Source of the DNA: Myxococcota bacterium
GTDB taxonomy: Bacteria > Myxococcota_A > UBA796 > CAJQPC01
DNA: 64,000 bases
NCBI GenBank assembly: GCA_036229005.1
Contig: JAZAMN010000034.1
Coordinates: 21,729 to 85,728, forward strand
Direction of reading: 5' to 3'
A program made the translations under genes and the position numbers. Under the pieces are notes generated by a model. That model was not told the origin of the DNA, did no database searches, and saw only the letters and a program-made list of their open reading frames with translations. Below are positions 9,658-18,965 of the stretch, piece after piece; positions within the stretch are counted from its first letter, which is position 1, and each line of letters opens with the position of its first letter.

Positions 9658-9803
9658 TCGTTTCCTGCCTCAACCAGGTCGGGATTGACCCGTCGAGGGT
9701 TTGGGTTCTTTTTGGCTGATGCCCACCAGCAGGGGAATTCCGGCCATTTGGGCAGCAGACAGACGAAGCCCCCGGACCCAGGTCCAGGGGGGATTGGACC
9801 GCC

Positions 9804-9832
9804 CTATTATCCGACGAAAAACCGCCCGTCAA
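9804..9832 (-). promoter_or_regulatory. Putative sigma70-type rpsA promoter
   Basis: TTGACG (9832-9827), 17 nt, TAATAG (9809-9804) in a locally AT-rich intergenic region, followed by a ~140-nt structured leader. Confidence 0.55.
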
Positions 9833-9837
9833 GGGGA

Positions 9838-10530
9838 TCAGACACCCCTCTCCCGGGCCAGGCCGATGATGTGGTCGGCGGCTGCTTCGGGGGTCATCCG
9901 GGTGGTGTCCAGGTAGATGGCGTCCTCCGCCTGGGCCAGCGGTGCCGTCTCACGTCCGGCGTCCTGGGCGTCCCTCGCCGCCAGGTCGGCGCGAACCTGG
10001 GACAGCGCCTTCTCGACCCCGCGGCCAGCCAGCTCGGCGTGGCGGCGGTTGGCCCGGACGTCCAGATCGGCGTCCAGGAAGACCTTGAGGGGCGCATCCG
10101 GCAGCACGACGGTCCCGATGTCCCGACCATCCAGCACCACGCCCTGGGTCGCGGCGAGCTCGCGCTGGACGCCCAGCAGCGCCTTGCGGACCAGCGGCAG
10201 CGTAGCGACCTTGGAGGCCCCCTTCCCCACCTGTTCGGTGCGGATGTCGTGGGTGAAGTCCTCGCCGTTCACCGCGACGCGGAAGGCCCCGTCGTCGAAG
10301 CGGAACTGGAAGCGCAGGCCCTCGGCGATGTCCGCGAGCACGAACTCATCCTCCCAGGGCACCTTCTCCCGGAGCGCCGTGAGCGCCACCGAGCGGTACA
10401 TCGATCCGGTGTCCACGTAGGCGAACCCCAGGCGCTGGGCCACCAGGCGCGCGACCGTCCCCTTGCCCGAGCTGGCGGGTCCGTCGATGGCAATGGCGAA
10501 GCCTCGGGGGGCGGACTCAGACGCGGACAC
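9838..10530 (-). CDS. cmk: Cytidylate kinase
   Basis: IAIDGPASSGKGT, DTGSMYR, LDGRDIGTVVLPDA. GTG start at 10530 inside the end of aroA. Confidence 0.95.
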   Translation of the reverse strand: MSASESAPRGFAIAIDGPASSGKGTVARLVAQRLGFAYVDTGSMYRSVALTALREKVPWEDEFVLADIAEGLRFQFRFDDGAFRVAVNGEDFTHDIRTEQVGKGASKVATLPLVRKALLGVQRELAATQGVVLDGRDIGTVVLPDAPLKVFLDADLDVRANRRHAELAGRGVEKALSQVRADLAARDAQDAGRETAPLAQAEDAIYLDTTRMTPEAAADHIIGLARERGV

Positions 10531-11812
10531 GGGCGTGCTCCAGGAGCTTGGGGAAGGTGGGGAAGGAGGTGGAGACGTTCTCGGTGTCGGACACGTGGAC
10601 CTCACCGTCTGCTGCGCAGCCAGCGACGCAGAAGGACATCGCGATGCGGTGGTCCCCAAACGAGGTCACCTGACCGCCAGACAGCCGCCCACCCTGGATG
10701 ATCATCCCGTCGGGGGTCTCCTCGACCTGGCCTCCACAGGCGCGCAGGCCCGCGGCCGTGGCGGCGATGCGGTCGGACTCCTTGACCCGGAGCTCGTGGG
10801 CGTCCGAGATCACGGTCTCACCCTCCGCGAACGCAGCGGCGATCGCCAGCACGGGGACCTCGTCGATGAGTCGAGGGATGAGGTCCCCGGACACCGTGGT
10901 GCCCTGGAGGTGGGCGTGCCGGATCCGGAGATCCCCGATCGGCTCCCCTCCCGACTCCCGCAGATCCAGGACCTCCAGGTCCGCGCCCATGGCCTGCAGC
11001 GCGTCCACGATCCCGGCCCGCGTGGGGTTCAGGCCCACGCCCTCCAGCACAAGGTCAGAGCCCGGCGTGATGGCCGCGGCCACCAGGAAGAAGGCCGCCG
11101 AGGAGATGTCTCCGGGTACCTGCACATCGACCGCCTGTAGCGACTGACCGCCGGGCAGCACCAAGTGGCCCTTGCCGTCCATCTCCAGCTCCGCGCCCAT
11201 CGCCTTGAACAGGCGCTCGGAGTGGTCCCGGGAGAGGCTCGGCTCGCGGTAGTCCAGGGTGCCTGTGGCCCCGAGGCTGGCGAGCATCATGGCGGTCTTG
11301 ACCTGCGCGGAGGCGATCTGGGACTCCATGGGCCCCACGCGGAGGTTGCCCCCCCGGACGCTCAGAGGCGCCCGGTCTCCACCCTGCCGGCCGTCGAAGC
11401 GCGCACCGAGGGCAGACAGCGGCCCGGTCACCCGGCGCATCGGGCGGCGGCGCAGGTGCTGATCCCCGGTGAGCACGGCGTAGAGATCCTGCCCCGCGAG
11501 CAGCCCGCAGAGCAGCCGCATGGAGGTGCCCGAGTTGCCGCAGTCCAGCACCTCGAAGGGCTCAAGGAGCTCGCCCGAGCGCCCCTGGACGACCAGCTCA
11601 CCGGACATGTCCCCAGAGATCGGAACCCCGAGTGCTTCCATGCACTTACGGGTTGACCTCACATCTCCCGCATCAAGGATTCCGGTGACCTTCGCGCGAC
11701 CCTGGGCCACGCCGTTGAAGATCAGGGAGCGGTGGGAGACCGACTTGTCGCCGGGGACCTTGAGGCGCCCCCGCAGAGGCCGCCCCGGAGAGACGCTGAG
11801 GCTCTGACTCAC
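10517..11812 (-). CDS. aroA: 3-phosphoshikimate 1-carboxyvinyltransferase (class II EPSP synthase)
   Basis: PGDKSVSHR, DCGNSGTSMRL, ASAQVK, PGDISSAAF, ELRVKESDRI, DHRIAMS. Confidence 0.96.
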   Translation of the reverse strand: MSQSLSVSPGRPLRGRLKVPGDKSVSHRSLIFNGVAQGRAKVTGILDAGDVRSTRKCMEALGVPISGDMSGELVVQGRSGELLEPFEVLDCGNSGTSMRLLCGLLAGQDLYAVLTGDQHLRRRPMRRVTGPLSALGARFDGRQGGDRAPLSVRGGNLRVGPMESQIASAQVKTAMMLASLGATGTLDYREPSLSRDHSERLFKAMGAELEMDGKGHLVLPGGQSLQAVDVQVPGDISSAAFFLVAAAITPGSDLVLEGVGLNPTRAGIVDALQAMGADLEVLDLRESGGEPIGDLRIRHAHLQGTTVSGDLIPRLIDEVPVLAIAAAFAEGETVISDAHELRVKESDRIAATAAGLRACGGQVEETPDGMIIQGGRLSGGQVTSFGDHRIAMSFCVAGCAADGEVHVSDTENVSTSFPTFPKLLEHARVRV

Positions 11813-12768
11813 GCCAGCTCCTGGTGGGCCCCCAGCTTGCGGAAGCGCTCGTAGCGGTCCTCCTTGAGCTGCTCGCCGTCCATCTCACTGAGCTCGCCGA
11901 GGTGCTTGCGCAGCGCGGCCCCCAAGGCCTCGAAGGTGGCCGCGTGGTCCCGGTGGGCGCCGCCCGCGGGCTCCGGCACGATCTCGTCGGCCACGCCCAG
12001 CTCCAGGCAGTCTGCGGCGGTGATGCGCAGCGCCTCGGCGGCGGTGGGGGCCTCGGCCCGGTCACGCCAGAGGATGGCCGCGCAGCCCTCGGGGGAGATC
12101 ACCGAGTAGACGGCGTTCTCCATCATCAGCACGCGGTTTCCGACGCCCACAGCCAGCGCGCCGCCGGAGCCACCCTCGCCGATGACGACCACGATGATGG
12201 GCACGGTGTAGGTGCTCATCTCCATGATGTTCCGGGCGATGGCCTCGGCCTGCCCGCGGGCCTCCGCGTCGATGCCCGGGAAGGCGCCGGAGGTGTCGAT
12301 GAAGGTGATGATGGGGTTGCCGCGGCGGTTCGCGAGCTCCATCAAGCGCAGGGCCTTTCGGTAGCCCTCGGGGCGGGCCATGCCGAAGTTGTGCTTGAGG
12401 TTCTCCTTGGTGTTGCGGCCCTTCTGGTGGCCCATCACCAGCACGGGCTGGCCGTCGAACCAGGCGCTGCCGCAGACGATGGCCGCGTCCTCGTGGCCGG
12501 CCCGGTCGCCCTTGAGCTCACGGAAGTCCGTGAACAGGGCCTTGATGTAGTCCAGGCTGTAGGGGCGCTTGGGGTGCCGCGAGAGCTGCGTGCGCTGCCA
12601 GCGGGACAGATCGGAGAAGATCTGCTCCTGCAGGCGCGTGGCCTGATCCTCAAGCTGGGCGATGGACGCCGAGAGGTCCAGCCCATCCTCGTCCTGCATC
12701 TTCTGCAGGGTCTGGATGCGCTTGTTGAGCTCGATGAGGGGACGCTCGAACTCCAAGGTCATGTCCAT
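11809..12768 (-). CDS. accA: Acetyl-CoA carboxylase carboxyltransferase alpha
   Basis: LEFERP, RHPKRP, NFGMARPEGYRKA, GEGGSGGALA, YSVISPEGCA. GGAGG SD. Confidence 0.96.
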   Translation of the reverse strand: MDMTLEFERPLIELNKRIQTLQKMQDEDGLDLSASIAQLEDQATRLQEQIFSDLSRWQRTQLSRHPKRPYSLDYIKALFTDFRELKGDRAGHEDAAIVCGSAWFDGQPVLVMGHQKGRNTKENLKHNFGMARPEGYRKALRLMELANRRGNPIITFIDTSGAFPGIDAEARGQAEAIARNIMEMSTYTVPIIVVVIGEGGSGGALAVGVGNRVLMMENAVYSVISPEGCAAILWRDRAEAPTAAEALRITAADCLELGVADEIVPEPAGGAHRDHAATFEALGAALRKHLGELSEMDGEQLKEDRYERFRKLGAHQELA

Positions 12769-12827
12769 GGGGGACCTCCGCTAGGGCCACCGGACCTATC
12801 CGCCGATGCCGGCCCCCGCTACCTCCC

Positions 12828-13241
12828 TCAGATTGTGTCCAGCGCGTAGGCCCCCGCCGCCAGCTCCCGCTCCGGCAGGGTCAGCGTGCCGTCGTCCAGC
12901 TCCACGTTCACCGGAACGCCCGCTGGGATCAGCACCTGCGCGTCCACCGAGCAGGTGTGGGGCACGGCGCAGCGCATGTCCATGGTCAGCACCCCGTCCT
13001 CGACCCGGGTCTCCAGGGCGAAGCCGCCGCTGGGGCCGGAGAGGCTGCGCTCGACCCAGGCGTCCTCGCTGTCGTGCACGCCGAGCTCCAGGTCGCCGTG
13101 CTCCAGGTGGATCTGCACCTGCTCGAAGGGCTCGTCGATGACGAAAGCCTCATCGACGCTGGACTTCTCGCAGGCCACGAGCAGGCCTACGGCGAGCAGG
13201 GCGGCGATCGCGGGGTAGAGGGTGACGCGGGCGAGGGACAT
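12828..13241 (-). CDS. Putative lipoprotein, DUF4097/adhesin-like beta-strand protein
   Basis: Lipobox LLVAC. C...C-SVDAQVLIPAG-VNVEL..G pattern resembles the DUF4097 N-terminal region. Confidence 0.55.
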   Translation of the reverse strand: MSLARVTLYPAIAALLAVGLLVACEKSSVDEAFVIDEPFEQVQIHLEHGDLELGVHDSEDAWVERSLSGPSGGFALETRVEDGVLTMDMRCAVPHTCSVDAQVLIPAGVPVNVELDDGTLTLPERELAAGAYALDTI

Positions 13242-13324
13242 GGGGCTTCCGGGGGCTGATGGGCTTCCCTTGGTCTGACACTGCCTGCGACGGAAAGCGC
13301 TACCCGGACATTCACACCGGCACC

Positions 13325-14203
13325 CTACGGAGAGCCGAAGGCCTGCTCCGCCGCCCGAAGGATGCTGTCCAGATCCCCGCCATCCACGGGCTCGAAGCCC
13401 CCCAGCGACCGGAACATGTTGCGTTGCTTCCGGGAGAAGCGGCGGGTGTCCCGCTGGGTCAGCGCCACGGCCTCACCAAGCTCAACTTCACCTGAAAGGT
13501 GAGCAGCCAACCATTTGTAACCCAAGGACTTCATCGGCTTGATGTCACGCCCCCATCCAGCGGTCAGGAGTCCCCTCACCTCGTCCAGGTAGCCCGCCTC
13601 CATCATCAGCTTCACCCGCAGATCGATGCGCGCGGAGAGGTCCTCGCGGTCCAACATCAGGCGCACGGCCGGGTGCCTGGGACTCGAGAGATCGTGCCGC
13701 GCGTGGATCCTGGAGAGCGGCTCACCCGTCAGGCGGTGGACCTCCAGGCCGCGGATGACCCGCACCCGGTCGTTGGGGTGGAGGCGCCCTGCCAGCTCGG
13801 GATCGACGCGGGCCAGCTCGGCGTGAGGGTCCTCCAGGGTCTCGAGCTCAGCGCGCAGCGCGGGGTCGGCCGGAGGCGCCGGAGCGAGCCCCGTGAGCAG
13901 GGCCCGGATGTAGAAGCCGGTGCCGCCCGCTACCACCACCCGCGCGTTCTCCGCCAGGATGCGGTCGGTGTCCTCCGCGAAGTCCGCCGCGCTGTAGGGC
14001 TGGTCCGGGTCGCGAATGTCCACCAGATGGTGCGGCCAGCGGGTCAGCACCTCGGGCTCGGGCTTGGCGGTGCCGATGTCCATGCCCCGGTAGACCTGCA
14101 TGGCGTCTGCCGAGACGATCTCCGCCCCCCAGCGCCGCGCGATCTCGATGGCGGCGTCGGTCTTGCCCGTCGCGGTGGGCCCTCCCAGCACGAGCAGCTT
14201 CAT
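13325..14203 (-). CDS. miaA: tRNA dimethylallyltransferase
   Basis: GPTATGKT, SADAMQVYRGMDIGTAKP, GGTGFYI, TRRFSRKQ. Canonical mutL-miaA order. Confidence 0.95.
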   Translation of the reverse strand: MKLLVLGGPTATGKTDAAIEIARRWGAEIVSADAMQVYRGMDIGTAKPEPEVLTRWPHHLVDIRDPDQPYSAADFAEDTDRILAENARVVVAGGTGFYIRALLTGLAPAPPADPALRAELETLEDPHAELARVDPELAGRLHPNDRVRVIRGLEVHRLTGEPLSRIHARHDLSSPRHPAVRLMLDREDLSARIDLRVKLMMEAGYLDEVRGLLTAGWGRDIKPMKSLGYKWLAAHLSGEVELGEAVALTQRDTRRFSRKQRNMFRSLGGFEPVDGGDLDSILRAAEQAFGSP

Positions 14204-15954
14204 CGCAGCTTCCGGGCCAGCTCGTCACCGCTCAGGACCCAGGCCAGCGCGTCGGGGCCCAGGCGGGTCAGCTCCTTGACCAGGGCCCGCAGCTCAAAGG
14301 GCGAGAGCTTGGAGATCTCCGCCTCCTGCGCACTGCGGACGATCACGCTGACCATGTCCTCGCCGGCGGCCAGAGCGCGAACCAGGTGGGGGAGGTCCCC
14401 GCGACCCAGAGAGGGGTGGACGGCCATGACGGCGAAGGTCCCCTCCCCGTAGTCCTCGATCCGAACGGTCCCCGGGAGCGCATCCAAGCGACCGCGCAGC
14501 GCCTTGGCCTGCTCGGGGCCCAGATCCACGAGCTCCGGGGTGAGCAGCGGGCGTGCGCTTGCCCGACCTGAGCGCAGCTCCGACTCCAACAAGGCCGACT
14601 GCACCCGCGGGATGTCGAAGAGCAGGAGGTCAGAGGCGCGTTGGCACACCAGGGTGCGGCCGGCCTGCCCCACCAACTGCAGTCCCTGTCCCACACTGGT
14701 GATGCCGCTGGGCGCCTGCGAGGTGCGGCTGGGCACGGGCGCAAATGGGTCTACGTAGGGCCGCGGCGGAGGGGGGGCCTGGGGGCGGTCGGCGCTGGGG
14801 GCCACGGGCGACTGCTGCGAGGCTTCGGGGCTCCGGGGGAGCTCGGGGACCGGTGAACGCGGGGCTGGCGATGTTGGGGCGGCTTGGGGCTCTGCGACGC
14901 TGAATGGCAGGGCGCTCTGGCCAGGGGCCTCGGGGCTGCGCTGGAAGGGTCGCTGGGTCTGGACGCCCTTCTCGTGCAGGCCGGCGCGCAGGCCCTCGCT
15001 GAGGACCTCGAAGAGCTGCTGGCCGTAGCGGAAGCGGACCTCGGTCTTGGCGGGGTGGATGTTGACGTCCACGTCCTCCACCGGGAGGCGCACCTCGAGC
15101 ACCACCACCGGGTAGCGTCCCTTGGGGATGAGGTGGCGGTAGGCCTCGTTCACCGCGCGCCGCAGCAGGGGGTCCCGGACGAAGCGGCCGTTGACGTAGA
15201 GGTACATCGCCCCTGCGGCCCCGGGCTTGTGGACACCGACCGGCGAAAGCAGCGCCTCGACCTCCAGCTCCCCCGCGGAGAAGCTGACCGGGACGAGGCT
15301 GTCCCCGTGGGAGGGCAGCAGATCCATGGCCCGGCGCGCGCGGCCGTCGGCCTGCGGACCCCGGAGGAGCGTGCGGCCTTCGTGCTCGACCTTGAAGTCC
15401 ACGTGGGGACGCACCAGCGCCTCGCGCCGGACGGCCTCCACGCAGTGGTTGAGTTCGGTGGGCACCGTGCGCAGGAAGCCCCGGCGCACGGGGATGTTGA
15501 AGAAGAGGTTGCGCACCGTGATGCGGGTGCCGGGGGCAGCGCCGGTGGGCTCCGGCTTGCGCATGCGCCCGCCCTCGACGACCACCTTGAAGCCGACGTC
15601 GGCGTCCGCGGGCCGCGAGACGATCTCCACGCGAGCGACCGAGGCGATGGACGGCAGGGCCTCTCCGCGGAAGCCCAGGGTGTGGACGCGGCCCAGGTCC
15701 TCCTCCCGGCGGATCTTGGAGGTGCCGTGGCGCTCGATGCACATCAGGACGTCGTCGGGGTCCATGCCGACGCCGTTGTCCTCGATGCGGATGAGCTCCC
15801 GACCGCCGGCGCGCAGGGTGACCACGACCCGGTCCGCCTGGGCGTCCAGGGCGTTCTCCACCAGCTCCTTGACCACCGAAGCGGGCCGCTCCACAACCTC
15901 GCCTGCGGCGATCTGGTTGACCAGGTGGTCCTCCAAGATGCGGATGCGGCCCAT
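14200..15954 (-). CDS. mutL: DNA mismatch repair protein MutL (divergent C-terminal domain)
   Basis: NQIAAGEVVERPASVVKELVENALDA, GFRGEALPSI, VDVNIHPAKTEVRF, Pro-rich linker, C-terminal domain. Confidence 0.95.
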   Translation of the reverse strand: MGRIRILEDHLVNQIAAGEVVERPASVVKELVENALDAQADRVVVTLRAGGRELIRIEDNGVGMDPDDVLMCIERHGTSKIRREEDLGRVHTLGFRGEALPSIASVARVEIVSRPADADVGFKVVVEGGRMRKPEPTGAAPGTRITVRNLFFNIPVRRGFLRTVPTELNHCVEAVRREALVRPHVDFKVEHEGRTLLRGPQADGRARRAMDLLPSHGDSLVPVSFSAGELEVEALLSPVGVHKPGAAGAMYLYVNGRFVRDPLLRRAVNEAYRHLIPKGRYPVVVLEVRLPVEDVDVNIHPAKTEVRFRYGQQLFEVLSEGLRAGLHEKGVQTQRPFQRSPEAPGQSALPFSVAEPQAAPTSPAPRSPVPELPRSPEASQQSPVAPSADRPQAPPPPRPYVDPFAPVPSRTSQAPSGITSVGQGLQLVGQAGRTLVCQRASDLLLFDIPRVQSALLESELRSGRASARPLLTPELVDLGPEQAKALRGRLDALPGTVRIEDYGEGTFAVMAVHPSLGRGDLPHLVRALAAGEDMVSVIVRSAQEAEISKLSPFELRALVKELTRLGPDALAWVLSGDELARKLR

Positions 15955-15958
15955 GGGC

Positions 15959-17347
15959 TCAGACTTCCTCTTCGTAGTCCTCGCCGGGACGCCGCTTCCG
16001 CTTGATGTCGATGCGGATGGGCGTGCCCTCGAAGCCGTAGGCGTCGCGCAGGCGGTTGACCAGGTAGCGCTTGTAGCTCTCCTCTACCCCCTCGGGGGTG
16101 TTGGCGAAGAGCACAAAGGTGGGCGGCCGCACCCGCACCTGGGTCATGTAGTTGAGCTTGACCGGGCGGTTGTGGCGCTGGGGCACGGAGTGGTTCGCCA
16201 CCGCGAGCTGCAGGAAGCGGTTGGTCTCCGAGGTGCTCAGGCGCTTGTTGAACTGCTCGTAGATGCGCTCGATGGTCTCCAGGATGCGGTGCACCCCCTT
16301 GCCGGTGAGCGCGGAGATGTAGAGCACGGGCGCCCACTGGGTGTGGGGAAGCCGGCGGTCCATCTCGTCTTCGACCACGCGCACGTTCCGGTCCGGGTCC
16401 TCGCGGACCAAGTCCCACTTGTTGACCAGGATGACCAGGCAGCGGCCGCGGTCGATGACCCGGCGGGCCAGGCGAGCGTCCTGCTCGGTCACCCCCTCGG
16501 CGCCATCGATCATCAGCAGGGTGACGTGGCAGCGCTCGATGGAGCGGATGGCCTGGGAGACCGCGTAGCCCTCGAAGGCGGCGTCGACCTTGGACTTCCG
16601 GCGCACACCCGCGGTGTCCACGAAGCGCCAGACCCGCTCGCCGTCCGTCCAGACGGAGTCCACGGAGTCCATGGTGGTGCCTGGCATGTCTGCGACGATG
16701 TGGCGGTCCTCTCCGATCATGCGGTTGACCAGGGTGGACTTGCCGATGTTGGGGCGGCCCACGACGGCGATGCGCAGCTCGTCGGTGGTCTCCAGCTCGG
16801 CCTGCTCGGCCTCGAGGTCCCGCTCGGGCGCGGGGGGCAGCAGCTCCAGGACCTCGTCCATGAGCTGGCTGACGCCGGTGCCGTGCTCCGCGGAGATGGT
16901 GAACAGCTCGGGCATCCCCAATGCGTAGAACTCCAGGGCGGCGTCCTCCTGCATGAAGCCCTCGACCTTGTTGCAGACCAGCAGCACGGGCGTATCGGTG
17001 CCGCGCAGGAGCCGAGCGACCTCCTCGTCCATGGGGGTCATGCCGGCGCGCACGTCGACCACGAGCAGCACGACGTCGGCCTCCTGGACCGCGATCAGGG
17101 CCTGCTGGCGCATCGACTTGAACAGGTCACTGTCCGGGCTGGGCTCGAGGCCGCCCGTGTCGATGAACATCAGGTCCCGACCCCAGCGGTCGGTGTCCGC
17201 GTAGTGGCGGTCGCGCGTCACCCCAGGGGTGTCGTGGACGATGGCCGTCCGCTCCCCCAGCAGGCGGTTGAAGAGGGTGGACTTGCCCACGTTCGGGCGT
17301 CCGACCAACGCCACCACGGGCATGGCCTTGGTGTCTTCCTTGCTCAT
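15959..17347 (-). CDS. der: Ribosome biogenesis GTPase Der (EngA)
   Basis: Two G domains (GRPNVGKSTLFNRL/DTGG, GRPNIGKSTL/DTAG/NKWD) and a KH-like tail (YKRYLVNRLR...FEGTPI). Confidence 0.96.
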   Translation of the reverse strand: MSKEDTKAMPVVALVGRPNVGKSTLFNRLLGERTAIVHDTPGVTRDRHYADTDRWGRDLMFIDTGGLEPSPDSDLFKSMRQQALIAVQEADVVLLVVDVRAGMTPMDEEVARLLRGTDTPVLLVCNKVEGFMQEDAALEFYALGMPELFTISAEHGTGVSQLMDEVLELLPPAPERDLEAEQAELETTDELRIAVVGRPNIGKSTLVNRMIGEDRHIVADMPGTTMDSVDSVWTDGERVWRFVDTAGVRRKSKVDAAFEGYAVSQAIRSIERCHVTLLMIDGAEGVTEQDARLARRVIDRGRCLVILVNKWDLVREDPDRNVRVVEDEMDRRLPHTQWAPVLYISALTGKGVHRILETIERIYEQFNKRLSTSETNRFLQLAVANHSVPQRHNRPVKLNYMTQVRVRPPTFVLFANTPEGVEESYKRYLVNRLRDAYGFEGTPIRIDIKRKRRPGEDYEEEV

Positions 17348-18279
17348 TTCTTTCCGTCCAGACCCAGCTCGCGCAGGATTCGGGGGTTCTCACTCCAGCG
17401 CGACTGCACGCTGACGTGAAGCTCCAGGTGCACGCGGCAGCCCAGCAGCTTGATGATGTCCTTGCGGGCCTGGGTCCCGATGCGCTTGAGCATCGACCCG
17501 CCCTTTCCGATGACGATGCCCTTCTGGGAGGAGCGCTCCACCAGGATGCGCGCCATGATGCGGACGCGGGGGCTCTCGTTCTCCCGCTCCTCCTCTTCGA
17601 AGGCCTCGATCTGCACCGCGGTGCTGTAGGGCAGCTCCTGCTCCAGGTTGTGGAAGAGCTTCTCGCGGATGAGCTCGCTCACCACAAAACGCTCCGTCCC
17701 ATCGACGAGCTGATCCTTGGGGAAGAAGGGCGGGCTCTCCCGCATCAGCGCGCCGAGCTGCTCCATGAGCTGCGGGACCCCGTCCCCCTTGAGGGCACTG
17801 AGCGGCACGACCGCCTTGAACTCCCCCTGCCCGCTCCAGGCCTCGATGACCGGCAGCGACCACATGGGGTCCACCACGTCGACCTTGTTCAGGCCCAGGA
17901 CGATGGGGACCTTGGCCTTCTGGCACATCTTGAGCAGGACCTCCTCCCCCTTGGAGAGGATGGGCTTTTCGGCCTGGGCCTGGTGCACCGCCGGGACCAG
18001 ATCCACCAGCAACAGGACGGCGTCGACCTCCTGCAGGGTGGCCTCGACCTCCCGCACGATGGCGCGGTTCAGGGCGCTCTTGGCCTTGTGGTGCCCGGGG
18101 GTGTCCACCAGCACCATCTGCAGTTCGGGCGTGTTGTAGATGCCCACCACCCGGTTTCGGGTGGTCTGGGCCTTGTTCGAGGTGATCGACACCTTCTCGC
18201 CCAGGATCTTGTTCAGCAGGGTGCTCTTGCCGGTGTTGGGCCGGCCGAAGATGCCCACGTAGCCGCTGCGATGAGTCAA
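17344..18279 (-). CDS. era: GTPase Era
   Basis: RSGYVGIFGRPNTGKSTL, QTTRNR, DTPG, NKVD, QKGIVIGKGG. TTG start in a TTGA overlap with rnc. Confidence 0.96.
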   Translation of the reverse strand: MTHRSGYVGIFGRPNTGKSTLLNKILGEKVSITSNKAQTTRNRVVGIYNTPELQMVLVDTPGHHKAKSALNRAIVREVEATLQEVDAVLLLVDLVPAVHQAQAEKPILSKGEEVLLKMCQKAKVPIVLGLNKVDVVDPMWSLPVIEAWSGQGEFKAVVPLSALKGDGVPQLMEQLGALMRESPPFFPKDQLVDGTERFVVSELIREKLFHNLEQELPYSTAVQIEAFEEEERENESPRVRIMARILVERSSQKGIVIGKGGSMLKRIGTQARKDIIKLLGCRVHLELHVSVQSRWSENPRILRELGLDGKK

Positions 18280-18965
18280 TTGTTCTCCTGCGCGAGCGCG
18301 ACCAGAGCGCGCTCCGCCGCTTGGGTCTGGGCGGCCTTGGCCTTTCGGCCGCTCCCGCGAGCGACCTCCTTGCCATCCAGGTCCACCGCCCAGACAAAGG
18401 TCAGATCATGCGGCGGCCCGAACTTCTCTACCTCTCGGTACTTGGGCTCCAGTCGCCACATCTTCACGCAAAGCTCCTGCAGCTCGCTCTTGGGGTGCTT
18501 CTTGAAGGTGCCCGCGTCCGTGATGCTGTCCAGGGCACCCTCAAAGCGGGACGCCACTATTGACTGGCAGGCTTGAAAGCCAGCCTCCAGGAAGACTGCA
18601 CCCAACATCGCCTCGAAGGCGTTGGCGAGCAGGCTGTCCTTATCCCGTCCAGCCGGCTCCTCCCCCTTTCCGAGCACCAGCAGGGCCCCCAGGTTCAGCT
18701 CCCGGGCCAGCTCAGCCAGGAACTCATTGCGGATGAGCTGCGCCCGGATGCGGGACATCGCACCCTCATCCGCGCTGGGGAAGCGCTGGAAGATCTCCGC
18801 CGTGATGGTGGTCTTGAGGACCGCATCCCCCAGGTATTCCAGGCGCTCGTTGTATCCGCTGGCCAGGCCCTCTTCGGCCGCCGAGCGGTGGCACATGGCC
18901 AGCTCAAGGCGCTCGGTGTCCTGGAGGGTGATCCCCAGGGCCGTCTGTAAATCATCCAAGTTCAC
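18276..18965 (-). CDS. rnc: Ribonuclease III
   Basis: NERLEYLGDAVL signature and C-terminal dsRBD (PKSELQE, GPPHD, A..AA..AL). rnc-era synteny. Confidence 0.93.
   Translation of the reverse strand: MNLDDLQTALGITLQDTERLELAMCHRSAAEEGLASGYNERLEYLGDAVLKTTITAEIFQRFPSADEGAMSRIRAQLIRNEFLAELARELNLGALLVLGKGEEPAGRDKDSLLANAFEAMLGAVFLEAGFQACQSIVASRFEGALDSITDAGTFKKHPKSELQELCVKMWRLEPKYREVEKFGPPHDLTFVWAVDLDGKEVARGSGRKAKAAQTQAAERALVALAQENN

Noticed and set aside
7246..10701. 1151-aa plus-strand ORF and similar long ORFs (2971-5529, 26577-29216, 34057-37008, 37042-40185, 43476-46517)
   Set aside because: Antisense shadows of well-identified genes, expected from stop-codon scarcity at high GC. No recognisable motifs.
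13239..13269. Direct repeat GGGCTTCC x2 upstream of the DUF4097-like lipoprotein as an operator
   Set aside because: Only 8 GC-rich nt in two copies, which is not distinguishable from chance.
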